Below are positions 10,837 to 22,997 of a stretch of 30,754 nucleotides of DNA, piece after piece (the first letter of the stretch is position 1; every line of letters starts with the position of its first letter). The DNA comes from Octopus sinensis (Eukaryota), in the NCBI RefSeq assembly GCF_006345805.1, contig NW_021832873.1, positions 1 through 30,754 on the forward strand. Reading direction: 5' to 3'. The notes under the pieces are model-generated. The model saw only the letters and a program-made list of their open reading frames with translations. It searched no databases and was not told where the DNA came from. The translations under genes and the position numbers were made by a program.

Positions 10837-11309
10837 CTCAGTCCAATCGATGAAGAGCTGAGCTAACAATAGCGTTTGATACTTTTTTGTTTTCTCCAAG
10901 ACAAAATGCAGTGAATAGTTTTTTTTATGGGTTCAAATTCTCTGAAATATATTTGAATTGGTTTTAAATTTCTTGTTATATCAACTTCCAAAAATGTAAT
11001 TTCAAAATAAAGTCTAGAACATCCAACAAAGGGACTGATTGAAACTTGTTTTACTGCTATTAATACTGATAGCATACCTGCACTCAGTGATTTATTATTT
11101 TGATAATAAATAACTAAACAAAATGATACTAATCCTAACCCATCTCATCCTAAAATTAAACTAACAAATCTAGGAATAAAAACCGAAAAATTTATAGACA
11201 AAACGAATAATATTAATCGAAGAAGGGGACTGATTGAAACTTGTTTTACTGCTGACTCTCTGTGGCCATCTTGGAAGTGACTTGCGATAACGATAAAAAA
11301 AAATGGAAA

Positions 11310-11590
11310 TGAATCTTAATGAACTGTTAAATTACATTGAACTTTGTTCACTCTTCACTCTAAGCAGCTAAAAAGGCTTCTTAAAGGCTTAATTTCTCAG
11401 CAAGACTAAATCCATAGAAATATGAAACTGCCTCTCTGTAAAGGATGAAAAAAAATAGCGGTGAGTGAATCCTAATGAACTGTTAAATAACTGCGGATCT
11501 TGTCCACTCCTCATTCCAAGCTGCTAAAAAGGCCTCTTAGAGGCTTAATTTCTCATCGACACTAAATCTTTAGAAACATGAAACCGTCTC
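11310..11590. repeat. Diverged tandem duplication, period ~156 bp
   Basis: tgaatc.taatgaactgttaaat…gctaaaaaggc.tctta.aggcttaatttctca…atgaaac occurs at 11310 and 11466. Confidence 0.85.
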
Positions 11591-11773
11591 TTCATTTATT
11601 CATAAGCCACATTTATTAATACCGTAGAAGCTAATTCTACCGCCACTCCATTAGAAATTAAGGGGACTAAAATCTGTATTTGCCGGTGAATAAGTCGCGC
11701 TCTTGCATAAAACAAACCTCTGCATTTTGTGGGGGGAAAAAACCAACAAATTTAATGCTTCATCGTAGACTCA

Positions 11774-11787
11774 ATACCCATGGCAAC
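11774..11787. promoter_or_regulatory. RFX X-box-like motif
   Basis: ATACCCATGGCAAC (reverse GTTGCCATGGGTAT) in a small CpG-rich unique patch; YY1-like AAAATGGC at ~11849. Confidence 0.3.
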
Positions 11788-12304
11788 CCATCCGTGATGC
11801 GGCCGCATTACATCCGTGGCCATTTCGTTACGTTTTAGAATTAGAAATAAAATGGCTGTCTTATGCAGAAGCTTTTACGATAAACTCCATTAGTTCAGCC
11901 TGATTACGTGAACTCTCTTAGTACAGTCTGGGCAGAATCTCTTTGACAATTTGTCACGTCTAGGAAAGCTGGAAGTGGCAAGTGAAGAGAAACTCATTCC
12001 AAGTTCAGGAAGATTCTCTGAACACAGCACACCAACCGACCCCCCCCCCAACCTGTTCTTTCATCTAACTACTCCTCCTCACGGTCTCTCTATATCTCCT
12101 GCCACCTCTTCCTCTATTATCTCTCTTCCATTTCCCCCTCTGTATTTATTTCGCTTTATTTCTTTCCTCTTCCTAAACCTCCCTCTTTACTTACTTTCTC
12201 TCCCTCCCTCCCTCTCGCTCTGTTTCTGTCTCTCTCTCTCTCCCTCTCCCCCCTCTCTCTCTCATAGAGCTATGCTACCACAGTGAAACTATTTCTTCCA
12301 TAAT

Positions 12305-12880
12305 CGCCACCACAACCACCTCCATCTCTATCGCTTCCATTCTCTCCATCGGCACCACCAGCGTCACCTTGACTTCAACATTCCACCTCAACCTTTATAA
12401 TACCACCACCACCACTACACCACCACCACCACCACACCACACCACTACCATCACCGCTACCACTATCACCATCAGTAACACTCTGCCTCCACCACAACTG
12501 TCACTGCCGCCACAACAACACCACCACCACCATCACCACAGCAACTACATTACCGCTGACACCACCACTATGCTACCGCCACCACCACCACCACTATACC
12601 ACCAGTGTACCACCAACACTATCACTCTACCATCACCACCACAACTACACCGTCGTCACCGGCACTATATTACCACTAGCACCACAGTACCTCCACCACA
12701 GTTACGTCACCGCCGCCATCACACCACCACAACTACACCACCGCCGCCACCAACAACACCACCACAACCACCACCACCACCACTACACCATCACCACCAC
12801 CCACAACCATCACCACCACAACCATCACCACCACAACTACTACCACCACAACCACCACCACCACCATCACTCCACCATCA
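12305..12880. repeat. Degenerate (CAC/ACC)n low-complexity tract
   Basis: Seen directly; gives the Pro/His/Thr-rich spurious ORF 12369-12890. Confidence 0.9.
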
Positions 12881-13159
12881 GAAACTCTGAAATCAAACGC
12901 TGCCAGAGACTTAGCATCCGTTTAGTGTTTCTGCTAGCTTTTAGTGCCATCCTGAGTGTCACATATCTTAGTGAGGGGGGTGGAGTGGAGGGAGCGGTGT
13001 ATGTATGTACGTGTCTCTATACACACCACACACCACACACACACACAACACACACACACTTTCATTTAAAAATATGTATCTGAATATCTGTGTCGCACAT
13101 AATTTTTATATCATGTGTATGTGCTTATGAATGTGTGTGTGTGTTTGTGTGAGTGTGTG

Positions 13160-13214
<55 letters not shown>

Positions 13215-13390
13215 CTGCATTTTGTGTAGATATTGATAACTGCATGCCTTTGCGTCTTATCAGTGCGTCTATGTGTATGGCTGTGTCTGAATGTATGCGC
13301 ATGCGCGTTTCTGTACATGATTCTATGTGTGTATATATCTATGTGCTTGTGTATGTATATCTATATTTGCGCGCATGTGTGTATGTGCAT

Positions 13391-13430
<40 letters not shown>

Positions 13431-15009
13431 GACAGAGAAAGGAGGAACTGAAGTTCCTGGTCTACTTCTAGTATATGAATGTGTATGTATGTATGTATGC
13501 CTAGCATAAACACTGACACATGGATACATTAACATACATATGCACATACGCACTCACAAAACAGTAATAAATGAAAGAAACACTCACACATTGAACAGAG
13601 ATATTTACATACTTGTAATATGTAAATCTATGTTTGCGTGACTGTGGTAGTGGTGATGGGGCGGTTGTATGATTGTGTGTAAAAGCATATATATATTTAT
13701 ATATATGCAAGAGTGTGTGCATTTGTATGATGTTTCTGTGCGGAGTTTTAAATGATGTCAAGTTACATCAAATGCTTAATTATGAACACACACACACACA
13801 CACACACACACCACACACACACACACACAAGTACGCATACGCACACCACATGCCTACTGGAATTTGTATCTTAGACAGCGTAAGATATTTCCGAGCATAC
13901 GAGAGGTCTTTACAGAGACGACAGGCTTTTAGTTTCATATAATATGAATCACCATGAATAGGATAAACTTTTAATAAAGATCGTATAAAATTATTTAGGT
14001 TAAAAAATTATGGTGTACACCTTTATAAATTTAAACTTAGATACAAACAGATTTAATTCAACAAACAGATTTGGTCTCAGAAAGCTTCATGCTGATTATT
14101 TTTCTGAGCCAACGTTTAATTCCACTTTTCATTGCTATAATAAGGCACTGCATAAAAGTGCCTTTTCGAAAAGAAATAGACCTGGAAATATCTTATGATT
14201 TAATCCAACATAAAGTTTAAATATAAAAACAAACATAGCTAAGAAAGATTTTGACATAACCTTTATTCAATTTCCAACATCGCAATAACATAAAAAAACA
14301 CATTACTTGTAAAAACATTACTTTATAAACCAAAAATCTCTTCAATATCAACAACGTTTCATTGTCTGCTCGCAATTGTAGAATTTTAGCAACTGTCCCC
14401 CAAACGTAAATTAACAGCTTAAAGCGTTAGTTTACCGGGAAAGAGTACACGTGCTGACAATAAGTCTCTCTATAAAACATTCTTTAGATTGATAAAAACA
14501 AATTTAAGGTGCATTTTTACCAAAAAGTCATTTAGATATCAAGAAAACAAGGGTTTCTCGCGTGCTTATATATCTCTATTTTTCAAGGATTTCCTCTCGG
14601 CTTCTTTTAAAATATACTACGTAATCTTAGAACATGGAAGCACACACAAACATGGCTTCCACTGCTGAAGCTTTGTGCGCTTAATGTTTAAGTATGAAAT
14701 TCTATATTTTATTCCAGGAACCATAAGCATTGGATCGAAAATCCGCATTGTTAAATTCTTGCAGACATGCGTCGAAGCATTAAGCAGTAACACATTACCG
14801 TCTAATGACTGAAATCTATTGAACAATTTCGTCGAAATTTTGGATCCAAACCGCAATTTCTATTCATCTTTATTGATTATTTTCACGCACCCGGAAATGA
14901 AGAATCCTACCATTTTTTGTTGTTGTTGTTATTGTTGTTGTTTTTTTTTCCATTTTACTATAGAGTTACGTCCCTTAAGCAGTTTAGCTATTTACAAACA
15001 TACGCTGAA

Positions 15010-15395
15010 TTTATTACATAAAATCTGTTCTGTCTGTCTGCGTGTGTATCTTCTAGGATCTCGGGCATCCTCCATCCGATTGCGCTCAAATTTGATATGT
15101 AGACACCGACGGTATCAGGGCGTGTATAAGTCTTGAAAAAATTACAAAAATCGATTCCAGGTCAGAACGCGATCGATAAAGCCGTGGGAACGTGCATTTG
15201 TAAAATCGTTTTTCTTGGAATAGAAAAAAAGTCTATCTTTATTTCTTCTTTTGCTGGTGTCTCAAATTTAGGTTAAATCAGTGTTTCTCAAAGGGGAGGC
15301 CTATGGGACGGTCGGACAAACTGTTTTGAGAAAATTTGGTTTAAATGTTTGACAACTCAGCACCGTCCATTGGACGGGGGCTGGCGTTTTGCTCG
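15010..15395 (+). mobile_element. Non-autonomous Helitron, family H1, copy 2
   Basis: Reverse-complement homologue of 404-963 lacking ~175 bp of internal sequence; ends CCGTCCATTGGACGG…TTTTGCTCG|T. Confidence 0.75.
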
Positions 15396-15904
15396 TATTT
15401 ATATATTTTTAAGTGATTTCAAGTATTTCCAAAATATTTACTATCAACTCACTGTGATTCGTGTACAAATTTATGTTTTTGAAGACGAAGACCTTTTCAC
15501 CCCTTGTCGCATATTATTTCTCTCCCTCACTTTCCCATCCCCTCTCTCTATCTCTCTCCCTCTCTCTCCCCCCTCTCTCTCTCCCTCTCTCTCTCTCTCT
15601 CTCACGCTCACCTTCTTTCTGTTTCACTCACCTTCCTTTCCTTACGTTTTCGACATATTTCCTCCTCTTTCCGATCCCTCCCTATTATGTTTCCATATAT
15701 CCCCATCATACGTAAGCTTTTACTTAGAAATATACCTGAGGCTTCTCTTTAAATATTTTCTCAATGTTTTCCACTATTTATTTATTTATTTTTAATTTTC
15801 GGATTTCTTTTTCTTTGTTTTCTCTTCGCTGATGTTTGAAAATCAGGAACTGAGAAACACAGACGGAACGATTTACCAAGCTTTCGCTTTCATTAAAATA
15901 TATG

Positions 15905-15906
<2 letters not shown>

Positions 15907-15963
<57 letters not shown>

Positions 15964-16140
15964 CACACACACACACACACACAAACACACACATACACAC
16001 ACATACACACACATACACACACATACACACACATACACACACATACACACACATACACACACATACACACACATACACACACATACACACACATACACAC
16101 ACATACACACACATACACACACATACACACACATACACAT
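15907..16140. repeat. (CT)n-(CA)n followed by (ACATACACAC)n decamer array
   Basis: Seen directly. Confidence 0.95.
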
Positions 16141-16170
16141 GCATGAGAAAACATATGTATGCATGTATAT

Positions 16171-16381
16171 TCTTTTACTTGTTTCAGTCATTTGACTGCG
16201 GCCATGCTGGAGCACCGCCATTAATCGATCAACTCGACCCCGGGACTTATTCTTTTGTAAGCCCAGTACTTATTCTATCGGTCTCTTTTGCCGAACTGCT
16301 AAGTAACGAGGACATAAACACACCAGCATCGGTTGTCAAGCAATGCTGGGGGGGACAAACACAGACACGCAAACACACACA

Positions 16382-16415
<34 letters not shown>

Positions 16416-16566
16416 CGACGGGCTTCTTTCAGTTTCCGTCCCACAAGGCTTTGGTCGGCCTGAGGCTATAGTAGAAGACACTTGCCCAAGGTGCCACGCA
16501 GTGGGACTGAACCCGGAACCATGAGGTTGGTAAACAAGCTACTTACCACACAGCCACTCCTGCGCC
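16171..16566 (-). mobile_element. SINE family A, full length
   Basis: GGCGCAGGAGTGGCTGTGTGGTAAG head, CORE-like segment, internal (TA)n and GTAAAAGA tail. Confidence 0.9.
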
Positions 16567-16582
16567 TATGCATACATATATA

Positions 16583-16687
16583 TAAACTCCTAAATGCAAA
16601 TCAGCATGGCTTTCGCTGTGGCAGGGACTGTCTAACACAGCTCTTACACCACATTGAGATGTACTCAAAGCCTTGGGAACATGTTCG

Positions 16688-16690
<3 letters not shown>
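16583..16690 (+). pseudogene. Non-LTR (CR1/Jockey-like) RT fragment
   Basis: KLLNANQHGFRCGRDCLTQLLHHIE corresponds to the QHGFR..RSCLTQLL motif. Confidence 0.8.
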
Positions 16691-16735
<45 letters not shown>

Positions 16736-16763
16736 ATACTTTATTTCAAAGCAGCAGAAATTC

Positions 16764-16817
16764 AACAAAACCTGTTACTCTGTATTTCACGTTCCCGTTC
16801 GTCGGACAGTTTTTGTT
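16764..16817 (-). ncRNA. Degenerate hammerhead-like motif (Penelope-like terminal repeat relic)
   Basis: Minus strand: aaaactgt-CCGACGA-acg(ggaa)cgt-GAAA-tacaga-GTA-acaggtttt. Confidence 0.5.
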
Positions 16818-17923
16818 AAAATAGAACCGATATGCCAATTCTATCAAGACTAGTATAAACGCTACACCTTTAAAAACGGACTTGTTTGATTGGTCCTTTC
16901 AAATAACGGTCATATTCGAGCGATAAACAAAAATGAGCTCAATATAAAATATAAAAAATATATAAAATTATAAAAGTCGAGGAAAAAACCTTACATCGAA
17001 TCTTTGGTTAAAATACGTATTGTCATTAATAAAGAAAATATAATCAATACATGGAAATTGAAATTAAAATATTAAAATGCATTAAAATATTTCACAACAG
17101 TACATACTCATACTAAAGTATACATATATACATCAACATACACAGATAGATGTGCGCAGACCACATACATATACAGACATATAAATACAAAACGAAAATA
17201 TACACACAAATGCATGCACACATATGTATACGCAATCTAGCTCGCATGCAAAATCACTGTATCCATATAGACTATAAGCTAAATTCATGGATGGGGAAGG
17301 GGCGTTCTATAACAGAAAGCTAAAGACATAAGTAAGGGAGGGGGAGTAAAGTTACAGGGCTCTATACAAGTAACGAATAGAGAGAGAAAAAACGAAAGGA
17401 AGGAAGAGGGAGAAAAAGAAAAAGAGATTCTCCCTCTTCTTTATGAAAGTTCTCCCGTTTTCCATTTGCTTCTCTCGTTGTTTGTGTATTGAACTCATTT
17501 GTTTTCGTATTTCATGTTTACTGTTGGTGACGTCCTGTACCCATATATGCATATATATATATATATTATATATATATATTATATATAATATATGTGGTGT
17601 GTTGTATATTTACATATGCATACATATATATATCATATATATGTATGTATATATAATATATATATATATGTGTGGTGTGTGTGTGTGTGTGTGTGGTGTG
17701 TGTGGTGTGTAAATATCTAATATATATAGATAGATAGATAGATAGATATGCATATATATATAATAGTAGGGAATATAACTCCAAAACTTACAGAGAAAAG
17801 TTCAATTTAAAAATTTTAAATCAAATTTCACAATATATAATATATATATATAATTCAGAGAAAAACTTCTATTAAACAATTCAATAATGGAAGATGTTAT
17901 TCACATCATATAGAAAACATATA

Positions 17924-18046
17924 TTATAAAAACCTTGTTCTAAAAATCAATAAAGTACAATAAAAAGTAAATAGTAATTACTTAGTATAAATTTACTATT
18001 TACTATTTATTGTACTTTATTGATTTTTAGAATAAGGTTTTTATAA
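17924..18046. repeat. AT-rich inverted repeat, 54-bp arms, 15-nt spacer
   Basis: ttataaaaaccttgttc…atagtaa and ttactat…gaataaggtttttataa, 2 mismatches. Confidence 0.9.
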
Positions 18047-18400
18047 AAGTTGGTGTCGGTATATCCCCCTATTTAACAACATTGCCCAATGGAATCAGTT
18101 CTGACAGAATACCATTTAAGTTGAAGTAGGCATTCACACCAATGTGTAGTTAGACAGACGTGTCAATAAACTTGGATTAGTACCGCATTCCAACTTCTTA
18201 ATATTCTCCACGATGTATTTTCTATTGCCACCGAATGGAAGGTCTTCGATAGATAGACAAAAGTTTTGGAAGGAGGAAGTTTCTGTTCTACGCTCTTCTC
18301 TTGCAACAATCTGAAACTAAAGGTCGCATCTGTGATCTCCTACCGGATCTAAATCCACACTGAACCTTCGTGTCGTCGATGTATATTTGCAATTGATTTA
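18047..18400 (-). pseudogene. RTE-clade LINE RT fragment
   Basis: Manual translation with frameshifts: QCGFRSGR, TFSFRLLQEKSVEQ, FVYLSKTFHSV, and NGILSELIPLGNVVK*GDIPTPT (GVKQGDILAPT motif). Confidence 0.8.
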
Positions 18401-18420
18401 TTTAAAGTCTGGTGAATATA

Positions 18421-18639
18421 TATTTCTTTACTACCCACAAGGGGCTAAACACAGAGAGGGGACAAACAAGGACAGACAAACGGATTAAGTCGATTATATC
18501 GACCCCAGTGCGTAACTGGTACTTATTTAATCGACCCCGAAAGGATGAAAGGCAAAGTCGACCTCGGCGGAATTTGAACTCAGAACGTAACGGCAGACGA
18601 AATACGGCTACGCATTTCGCCCGGGGTGCTAACGTTTCT
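18421..18639 (-). mobile_element. SINE family B
   Basis: Near-consensus copy; tail ends in GAAATA. Confidence 0.9.
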
Positions 18640-18789
18640 TAGCTTAAGGTATTTTCGCACCTGACATCACAAAATGCGACTGATTAAACATTGCCAGCCA
18701 GCAAATAGAGACTCGGACATTGCTTAGGAAATATTTTTCATTTTTAACCTCGTATATAGTACTCACTAGGGATTTTGATCTTTGAATTT

Positions 18790-18828
18790 TGGGAAAAAAA
18801 TGCGGATTATACTCGGGGATTTACGGTA
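18790..18828. mobile_element. Possible Tc1/pogo-type MITE terminus
   Basis: …tgcggattatactcggggatttacgg|TA; partner TIR not found. Confidence 0.35.
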
Positions 18829-19037
18829 TGCAAAGGAAATAATATTAACCAGACTATTGATGCAGATAACATCACGCTGTACAATCAGAGAGCACGTCTC
18901 ATGTATTATGCCATGCTAATTTTTCGTTTTCCATCTGTCTACAATCACATATGATACAGTATATACACAAACCCAACGTATTGTATGTATCAACACCGAT
19001 TCTTAATAATCTAGTCACGGGTTTTACATTTCCTGTC

Positions 19038-19382
19038 CTAATACATCTCCTGCTGTGGCTGTGTAGTCCTATCCTGGACAAACACTCCCTCTGGCAGGTG
19101 CCGCAAATGTAGCAAAGACTTTGCCTGGCCGGTTGTAATGTCATAGTTTCTTGTTGACGTCTTTTCTTGTCTTTCCATTTCTCCTCTCTCCCTCTCACTC
19201 CCTTGTGCTCCCTCTTTTACGTTACGTCGCCAATCCCCACGGTTGCTGGCAACTGCATCCCAATTGCTAATATTGATGTCGCAGACCTTCATGTCTCTTT
19301 TAAAAACAAATACAAATAAGGAAATTCTACGAAAGTCACTACAGTTGGACTTGGCATCTTTTCTCTTGTATAGTGAAATCAA
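19038..19382 (-). pseudogene. Internally deleted RTE-clade LINE (pre-RT motif fused to C-terminus with zinc finger)
   Basis: ISLYKRKDAKSNCSDFRRISL joined to FKRDMKVCDINISNWDAVASNRGDWRRNV…CGTCQRECLSRIGLHSHSRRC. Confidence 0.85.
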
Positions 19383-19531
19383 TATAACAATTCACTAATT
19401 CTATCGAACTGGTGAACTATTGCATACATTGACTATCAGTGAGGTCACAAGATCAGCCAGTACATGCTTAGTAGTTTTAGATCGTATAATATCATCTGGT
19501 GTTTTTCCTGAGTTGATCTGTTTCATAGTAA

Positions 19532-19852
19532 GGATCTTTTCCTTTTGATAGCCAGATTTCAACACAATTTCTAGTTAACTAAACACTTTAAAACTTCGTA
19601 AACTGGTAGAATGTGTCAAAAGAAAACATTATTTTCACTTGGCTTTTTTGATAAATTTGTAATTCGTTTGTTTAACGTTTGGTTAAAATTCGAAAAATTA
19701 ACCAAACGTTAAACAAACGAATTACAAATTTATCAAAAAAGCCAAGTGAAAATAATGTTTTCTTTTGACACATTCTACCAGTTTACGAAGTTTTAAAGTG
19801 CTTAGTTAACTAGAAATTGTGTTGAAATCTGGCTATCAAAAGGAAAAGATCC
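19532..19852. mobile_element. Foldback/MITE element, probably Merlin-type
   Basis: 155-bp inverted arms with 1 mismatch and an 11-nt loop; termini GGATC…GATCC; exact 8-bp TSD CATAGTAA at 19524-19531 and 19853-19860. Confidence 0.9.
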
Positions 19853-20010
19853 CATAGTAATTTTGATATCCTGTATATGAGATAATAATCAAGGTTATTA
19901 CCGTTACTAACATGGTGCGACTGTAGATCTTTTATAATATTCTCATCTATTGTGCAGGGATTGGGGAAATGTCTGTGAAAGGTGCTTTGGGTTAGTTAAA
20001 ATATATTTAT

Positions 20011-20057
20011 GACATACTGAAGAAAGCTGGAGGGCATATCAGCCGAAACGTTGTGTT
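20011..20057 (+). ncRNA. Minimal hammerhead-like motif (Penelope-like terminal repeat relic)
   Basis: gacat-a-CTGAAGA-aa-gctg(gagggcatat)cagc-c-GAAACGTT-gtgtt, followed by an aatgtaaat tandem. Confidence 0.55.
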
Positions 20058-20145
20058 AACAACAAACAAAATGAGGACAAATATCCGTCGAATGTAAATA
20101 ATGTAAATAATGTACCAGGAGTAAGACCGAACCTGAGCAAACCAA

Positions 20146-20350
<205 letters not shown>

Positions 20351-20830
20351 ATTTATTTATTTAACTGCTTGGTATCCTTAGGATCACAGCTGTTTTCAGC
20401 CTCTATCATGTAATGATAATTTCAGTGTATAATGGATTATTTGCATGCACTGAAAATACCATTACATTATGTAGGCTACGAAACGGCTGTAACCCTAAGT
20501 ATATCAAGTGGTTATATAACTATATATATATACCTCTCCCACCCCCGACATTTTTTTGATTTATATAATTTCATAGATATAATTTCATTGATTGAATCTC
20601 CTGGATTTCAGCCGTATAAAGATCCCTTGTATTTGATTACTATATGATATGATAGCCGGATCCACTAAAGGGGCTTTCTGTGAAAGCCGCACGATTCTAT
20701 GAATCTATTTATCGCACTACAAATTTAATTATATATTTTCGCCTGGGTGTCTCAAGAGTGAGCCTGTGGTATGTTCTCTTTATGTGTTAAATCGATGCTC
20801 ATAATGACTAAACTGATTGTGCGTGCGTGT

Positions 20831-20869
<39 letters not shown>

Positions 20870-20965
20870 GTGTGTATGTGTGTGTGTGTGCGTATGTGAG
20901 TGTGTGTATGAGCGCGTGTGTGTATCTAATTATGTATTTATGTATATGTGTATATATGTATATAT

Positions 20966-21007
<42 letters not shown>

Positions 21008-21020
21008 TACACACACATAA

Positions 21021-21089
<69 letters not shown>

Positions 21090-21091
21090 CA

Positions 21092-21290
21092 AATGCGAAG
21101 GCTCGTAGCCTAGCGGTTGTGACGCTGCATGCATGACCATAGCTTCGACTCCCTGATCGGGTCCTGCGTTGTCTCCTTGAGCGAGACTCTCCATTTTAAG
21201 TTGCTCTGCACCTATACAGGGCAATGTCCATTCGATGGAAGACGTGAGATAATGTACAGCAGAAACATTTGATCACTATAAACCAACGAT
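21092..21290 (+). mobile_element. Old degenerate tRNA-derived SINE
   Basis: gaaggctcgtagcctagcggtt…cttcgactccc…gtctccttgagcgagac resembles the family C head. Confidence 0.5.
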
Positions 21291-21469
21291 GCAGAACCAG
21301 TGGCCCGCGAAGGAATTCCGTGCGGCCCGCGAAACCATTTTACAAAGACTTTCTTATTTAATAAATAACTGATAATTAAGATAGCGAACTGCTTATACCA
21401 CGATCACACACTGGAAATACATACAATATAATTTATTTATTGATTGATTTTTATTAAATTTCCTGTTAA

Positions 21470-21907
21470 GGCGGTGAGTTGGCAGAATCGTTAGCACGCA
21501 GGACAAAATGCTTAGCGGTATTTCGTCTGTCTTTACGTTCTGAGTTCAAATTCCGCCTAGGTCGACTTTGCCCTTTATCCTTTCGGGGTCGATAAAATAA
21601 GTACCAGTTACGTACTGGGGTCGATATAATCGACTTAATCCGTTTGTCTGTCCTTGTTTGTCCCCTCTATGTTTAGGCCCTTGAGGGTAATAAAGAAATA
21701 AGAAACGTTAGTACGCCGGGCGAAATGCTTAGCGATATTTCGTCTGCCGTTACGTTCTGAGTTCAAATTCCGCCGTGGTCGACTTTGCCTTTCATCCTTT
21801 CGGGGTCGATAAATTAAGTACCAGTTACGCACTGGGGGTCAATGTAATTGACTTAATCCCTTTGTTTGTTTCCTCTATGTTTAGCCCCCTGTGGACAATA
21901 AAGAAAC
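21470..21907 (+). mobile_element. SINE family B dimer
   Basis: Copies at 21470-21700 and 21701-21907; junction GAAATA|AGAAACGTTAG. Confidence 0.9.
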
Positions 21908-22401
21908 ATATATATATATAGACAAATACACTCACTTTCTCTCTCTCTCTCCGCCTCTTTCGCTCTCTCTCTCTGCCTCTTTCGCTCTCTCTCTCTCTCT
22001 CCGCCTCTCTCGCTCTCTCTCTCTCTCTCTCCGCCTCTCTCTCTCTCAATCTCCGCCTCTCCCTCTCTCTCCGCCTCTCTCTCCCTCTCTCCCTCTCTCC
22101 CTCTCTCCCTCCGCCTCTTTCTCTCCCTCTCTCCCTCTCTCTATCTCTCTTTCACAGAAACGCGCACACACACATATACACACGTTCGCACAACTTTTTA
22201 CTTTACCAGTAATCAATTACATTTGGTTACATAACCCAGTTCACTTATGAAAACAGATACAAATGAAAATCTATCGCCTGCATAACAGATCCGCAAATAT
22301 TTCATTTGCTCTCTGTCGATGTTTTCCTTCTCTTTAATTTTAGACAAGGCAATAATATCCAGTAAGCAGTTAACCTCCACAACAGTATATATATATATAT
22401 A

Positions 22402-22997
22402 CTAGCAGTATCGCCCGGCTTTGCTCGGATTTGTAAGGGAAATAACTATATAAGCATTTTTAGAGAGTTATAGCCAAAAGATAGCAAAAAAATGCATTAA
22501 AAATGGGAAAAAAATTATGCTAATTTTTTTTTAAATCGTAGACTCATCGTAGACATTTTTAGAGAGTTACTTCCCTTATATAATAGCGAAAAAATGCATT
22601 AAAATGGAAAAAAATGATGGTAATTTTTTTTAAATCGTTGACTCATCGTAGACATTTTTAGAGAGTTACTTCCCTTATATAATAGCGAAAAAATGCATTA
22701 AAATGGAAAAAAATGATGGTAAATTTCGTTTTAAATCGTTGACTCATCGTAGACATTTTTAGAGAGTTACTTCCCTTATATAATAGCGAAAAAAATGCAT
22801 TAAAATGGAAAAAAAGATGGTAAATTTTTTTTAATTCGTAGACTCATCGTAGACGCGCTCTAATACCCAGAAGGGCTCGATATGAATCACGACTATAAGA
22901 TACCCGGTTTTGGTTAAACTGCACCGCAAAATGTGGGAGTAGTTAGGAATCTAAATCGTAGGAGTCAGACACAAAACTTGACTTTTATATATAAAGA
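22402..22997 (-). mobile_element. Non-autonomous Helitron, family H3, with internal ~100-bp tandem array
   Basis: Minus strand A|TCTTTATATATAAAAG … CCGAGCAAAGCCGGG hairpin-CGATACTG-CTAG|T; four ~100-bp units at 22455-22854. Confidence 0.9.

Noticed and set aside
12369-12890. Pro/His/Thr-rich extensin-like ORF
   Set aside because: Degenerate (CAC)n tract with a TTG start and no supporting exon structure.
20449-20495. CTGAAAA…CGAAACGGCTGTA partial hammerhead
   Set aside because: Core mismatch and no convincing stems.
20662-20678. GGCTTTC-tgt-GAAAGCC hairpin resembling a histone 3' stem-loop
   Set aside because: Wrong stem and loop geometry and no histone ORF.
22455-22854. Regularly spaced repeats resembling a CRISPR array
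   Set aside because: Whole units are repeated with no unique spacers, they lie inside a Helitron, the context is eukaryotic and there are no cas genes.
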